This document shows positions 36,811 to 41,426 of a stretch of DNA of 41,426 bases, piece by piece. A program made the translations under genes and the position numbers. How positions within the stretch are numbered: the stretch's first letter is position 1; each line of letters begins with the position of its first letter. Where the stretch lies: contig NC_068985.1 in NCBI RefSeq assembly GCF_001194135.2, positions 48,509,257-48,550,682 on the forward strand. The letters run 5' to 3'. The DNA is from Octopus bimaculoides (taxonomy: Eukaryota). Under the pieces are notes generated by a model. The model did no database searches. It saw nothing but the letters and a program-made list of their open reading frames with translations, and was not told the origin of the DNA.

Positions 36811-37204
36811 AATAGATAGATAGATATATATACATATATACACACACACACACATATATACATATATATATATACACACATACATATANNNNNNNNNNNN
36901 NNNNNNNNNNNNNNNNNNNNNNNNNNNNNNNNNNNNNNNNNNNNNNNNNNNNNNNNNNNNNNNNNNNNNNNNNNNNNNNNNNNNNNNNNNNNNNNNNNNN
37001 NNNNNNNNNNNNNNNNNNNNNNNNNNNNNNNNNNNNNNNNNNNNNNNNNNNNNNNNNNNNNNNNNNNNNNNNNNNNNNNNNNNNNNNNNNNNNNNNNNNN
37101 NNNNNNNNNNNNNNNNNNNNNNNNNNNNNNNNNNNNNNNNNNNNNNNNNNNNNNNNNNNNNNNNNNNNNNNNNNNNNNNNNNNNNNNNNNNNNNNNNNNN
37201 NNNN

Positions 37205-37242
<38 letters not shown>

Positions 37243-37574
37243 GCACGCACGCACACCCATATTTCTGTATGTATTCATTGATTATAATTGAAAGCAGATT
37301 AATTCTATATATATGATGAGAGATTGTGTGGGAGAGATAAACTGGCTATAGGTATGTGTATGTATGTATGTGTGTGTGTTCCATATTTATTAATGTAATT
37401 TTCTCTGTATATCATTAAATTATTCAGTGTGTCTATACCTCATTTCCCATATGCGATATGCGAACGTAAATGTAATATGTTTTCGTTGGTCTTAATTTTT
37501 GTAACGAAACGTAATGTTGTGCAGTAAGGGAAATTTATATATGATGTTCATCTGTGAAATGATATTCTGTGTGT

Positions 37575-37621
<47 letters not shown>

Positions 37622-38669
37622 CTTGTGAAAGTATATATAAATAAATATATATATATATATATATATATATTTAGGATTTATGTAATCTTCAAAATATTAT
37701 TCATGTAACGCACGGACACCTTAATTTTTTACCTGTATATANNNNNNNNNNNNNNNNNNNNNNNNNNNNNNNNNNNNNNNNNNNNNNNNNNNNNNNNNNN
37801 NNNNNNNNNNNNNNNNNNNNNNNNNNNNNNNNNNNNNNNNNNNNNNNNNNNNNNNNNNNNNNNNNNNNNNNNNNNNNNNNNNNNNNNNNNNNNNNNNNNN
37901 NNNNNNNNNNNNNNNNNNNNNNNNNNNNNNNNNNNNNNNNNNNNNNNNNNNNNNNNNNNNNNNNNNNNNNNNNNNNNNNNNNNNNNNNNNNNNNNNNNNN
38001 NNNNNNNNNNNNNNNNNNNNNNNNNNNNNNNNNNNNNNNNNNNNNNNAATGTTGATAAGTGACACACGAGTTGATATGTATAAGGAAAATAAGAAAAGGT
38101 AGAAGATGCTAAAATAATTACCATGAAATACGCTTTGTATCGGTTAGTACCGGTTTCTGTCTTTTCAGCTTTACCAACTAAGAGTAAAACAAAGCTCGAT
38201 ATCAATTGAGAAGAAAAACGTTTGAATTGAAGAAAAAATTAAATGAAACGTTTTATAAATATCTCTATAGTCTGTTTTGTGTCTCACTCACTTTCCGTTT
38301 GTGAATGCTCTTAAGGTAGGTTGTAGCAGATCTGAAAAAATGTTTATGGTTGTAGAGATATATTTGGTTCTACGTACCTTACCGTCGTTCACAAAGGGAA
38401 AGTAAGAGACAGGAAAAAGGAAAATGTCCTATCTATTTGAAGACTATGGAAATATTTACAAAAGATTTCATTCAATTTTTTCTTTAATTTAATTGTTTTT
38501 GTTCCTAATTAATATACATCTTTATTTTTACTTTTAGTTGAAAAAGTCCATAAGATAGAACCCAGTACTAACCGTCGTTACACAATGCATTTTATGATAA
38601 AATTATTCTAGCATTTTTAACTTATTTTATTTTCCTCATATATATATATATATATATATATAGAAAAAA

Positions 38670-39098
38670 TAAGGTATTCAGAGATGTGGATGAAACCGAA
38701 TTCTTTGTGAAAGAATGTGGAGATAGTAGATGTGGGATGGGATCTACAAATATATAGAGGAAAATAGCCCCCAAAAAATTTAAGAGTGGACACACATTCA
38801 AAATAAAAACATGAATTGCAATACACAAAAGATAATATATTGCATAACATGTCCCACATGCAAGGAGAACTATATAGGTGAAACTGGCAATTCTTTATGC
38901 CAACGAGCCACAATTCACCGATAACATATCCGACAGGGAGAGCTACAGAAAATTGCACTAAGTAAACACTTAGAAACATGAGGAGAATGAAGATTCAAGA
39001 TCTTTCCTTTCTATAAATGCCCAAGGAATGACACCTTCTTCAGAAAAAATATGGAACAATACTTCATAGTAAAATTCTTCCCCAGACTGAATGGCTGA
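38670..39098 (+). mobile_element. Penelope-like (Neptune-type) GIY-YIG endonuclease fragment
   Basis: KECGDSRCG (linker Cys motif); FKIK.MNCNTQKIIYCITCPTCKENYIGETGNSLCQRATIHR*HIR...MEQYFIVKFFPRLNG*. Contains stops and a frameshift. Confidence 0.88.
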
Positions 39099-40003
39099 AA
39101 ATATGAAAATCACATCAACATCCTTATAAACCCATCTGCAACCCTAAGATATATGCATATGTGTGTGCGCGTATGTATACACATAAATACAGATATTCTT
39201 GCATCCAGATTTTCCAATCCATACCAGGATGGGAATCAAACATTGGACAATGATGATGATGATGGTAATAAGTCCAGACAATTTTTTGAAAAATAACTCT
39301 CATTATTCCTCATCAAACCAGACCCCGCTTAGAGTAGCCACCTGGTCTTGCCATTTTTACAGACCAAGTATCAACTTGTCATCTTCTATCGAAAGAACTG
39401 ACCAACTGTACAAATATAAACACATTTTTTCTTTCTTTCTTCCCTCCTTTCTTACCTTCTATTTTCCATTGACATTAAGAAAAAAAAACATATTTTTATC
39501 ACTTTGGAAACATTTTCCTTTCAGACCCCCTGGTGATCTCGCTGAACCAAAGTAAGCATCTGCTCCAGCCACCTACTTTAAAATATTCTTTTCCTTCATC
39601 TCCTCTTCAAAACACTGCCTTTCAGATACATGGGCACTCACACACACACGCACGAACACACACACACACGCACACACACAAACACACACACAGACACACA
39701 CACTCTCTTTCAATTTCTCCCTCCACTATCTCTTCATTCCTCTCCCTCTTTTTCTACTCTTTACACTCCACATTACTTTCTTTTCCTCCCCTCTCTCACC
39801 ACCCCAACCCATTCACTAATACTATAAAAAAGAAGTGACAAATACCTTCACACAATTTAAATCTGAAGATTCTCTTAGAGCAGATGAAAATATGTGATTT
39901 GTAAAAACATGGCATGTTAATAAATATTTGTATATGTACAACCATCCAGATCTCTGAATACTTTATTTTTTCTAATATATATCTGTACATTATCTCCAAA
40001 CCT

Positions 40004-40046
<43 letters not shown>

Positions 40047-40205
40047 GTTATGGTTATACGCGTGCAAGCGCATACACACATATGCAAATAATCTGAAGAA
40101 ATTTTAGTCTACCCTGAATGTTAAGATTCACCCTCAATAAATGTGTAGTTGTTTGTAAAGTTATTATAAAAAGAACACAGTTAGTTTAACCTAGCACCCC
40201 GGCGT

Positions 40206-40239
<34 letters not shown>

Positions 40240-41228
40240 TCACACGAGCTCCCTTCTTTCTCGAAGACAGTAACACTCTGAATTTAGACAGATCTGGCTG
40301 TTACTTCTAGCAGTTCAGGAAGAACAAGTTTCTTAGGCGTCCATCGTTTGTTCATTTATAATAGGGAAACTTTAATGATATATGTGATACACTGCGTCAG
40401 AAATGTATGCAAAGATTGTATTGATGCTTAAAATAAATTTAGAAAATATTTGAAATACTGTATGGTTGTACTTTTCTTTAAAGTCGGAAAATGTCAAGTT
40501 TGCTTCGATTTCTCTTCAGGCATGACCTATTTAATATGATTTTTATCGTTGTTACTCTGGAGAAATTTCAAACTAATAAAATCACGTATCGAATTTAAAA
40601 ATTTGTTTGTATATTTATACATGCATGCATATGCATACTTGTATGTATACACACACGTAGTATTTATATTATCGGTTTGTTGTCCATAAGTCAGCAGAAA
40701 AGTGCATTAAAAGAGGAATTTGAGCGGTTGGGCTTTTATATTGTCGTGTAACATATTCCAGTTTATGATATATAACCAGTCAGAATGTTTCTATTGGTTT
40801 CGCGTCTACTATAACACTTGGATATATTGACGATTCTTCAGACTCTTACCAGAAGTACACAGCTCCTTTAATACTGGAGGTGACTATACATTACATGTTC
40901 GCATGGTGATGGTAAAAGGGGGAACGAAACGAAGACACTTTTCTGGGAGGGAACGTAGTGTTGCCCCACCTACACCTCATCAGTGTAGGATATCAACTGC
41001 GACCGCAGACAGTCAATTGCGCCTGCATATATGTTTTCATTTCTTTAGTACAACAAAGAGAAACACAATATTGCTTAACTGAACTTCCTGTCAAGATGGT
41101 AGCGATTACAAATTTCGTCTTCAAGAAGATACCGGCAGCGTTTCATTTTTTAAAATTATTCTCTTACTGCCAAACTTCTGATTTCAAATTTTGCTTGTGT
41201 CGGGACTGACAGTGAAATAAATAGATAA

Positions 41229-41271
<43 letters not shown>

Positions 41272-41318
41272 TACAGACCGACAGACAGACAGACAGAGAG
41301 ATTGATAGATAGATAGAT

Positions 41319-41426
41319 AGATACATTTCTTTTATTAGCCACACAGGGCTCAACGAAGATGGGACAAATGCAATGTAGAGCTTTTCTTTTTGGGAGGGGG
41401 GAGGAAAAAAAAGTGGTGGTGTCGAT
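41319..41426 (-). mobile_element. Probable LINE (Tx1/L1-like) 3' terminus with AATAAA, followed by (TATC)/(TGTC)n
   Basis: Minus strand ...catttgtcccatcttcgttgagccctgtGTGGCTAATAAAAGAAatg then tatctatctatc; same terminal motif as at 376-390. Cut by the window edge. Confidence 0.45.

Larger units (their letters stand above)
3265..38048. other. Assembly gaps (about 15 N-runs, largest 4629-5628), mostly bordered by (TA)n
   Basis: Direct reading. Confidence 0.99.
2039..41325. repeat. Numerous simple microsatellites: (ATAC)n 2039-2100 and 4070-4145; (GT)n 5629-5720; (GA)n 6086-6173; (TTA)n 12356-12421; (CT)n 22770-22880; (GATA)/(GA)n 23590-23815; (CA)(CT)(TA) 31170-31272; (GATA)n 31435-31497; (GGAT)/(GATA) 35505-35700; (GATA)/(GACA) 41220-41322
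   Basis: Direct reading. Confidence 0.95.

Noticed and set aside
2985-38205. Long ORFs of 100-500 aa in the track (e.g. 4227-5729, 12556-13329, 16921-17790, 20662-21459, 36657-37256)
   Set aside because: They are open only because they cross N-runs and dinucleotide repeats.
39860-40140. CTGAAGA motifs at ~39862 and ~40092 downstream of the Neptune-type EN
   Set aside because: The GAAA half-core or flanking stems are missing or too degenerate to call a ribozyme.

Overview
AT-rich, microsatellite-dense eukaryotic DNA from a draft assembly, with about 15 N-gaps totalling roughly 4.5 kb, mostly flanked by (TA)n. The repeat families look cephalopod, most likely Octopus; this is recognition from memory, not a database result. 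I found no host protein-coding gene, rRNA, tRNA or CRISPR array. Nearly all long ORFs in the track are artefacts of N-runs or microsatellites. The window is a transposable-element graveyard. It holds two R4/Dong-type (RLE) LINE fragments, one an uninterrupted frame running off the left edge; a Tx1/L1-clade 3' fragment fused head-to-head with the second R4/Dong fragment; at least three Penelope-like element (PLE) fragments (RT, two GIY-YIG types) with degenerate hammerhead-ribozyme motifs; mariner, Helentron-like and possible hAT remnants; and about ten tRNA-derived SINE copies of two families sharing a central domain. Structures not explained by these are: four diverged, co-oriented 0.5-0.8 kb units at 6.7-10.8 kb with a hydrophobic minus-strand frame remnant; two microsatellite-centred fold-back palindromes (11.7-12.1 kb and 22.1-22.4 kb); a 355-bp inverted-repeat element whose interior is re-duplicated downstream (24.9-25.4 kb); and a CpG-rich/palindrome cluster at 19.85-20.4 kb. 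All translations and alignments were done by eye and coordinates are approximate.
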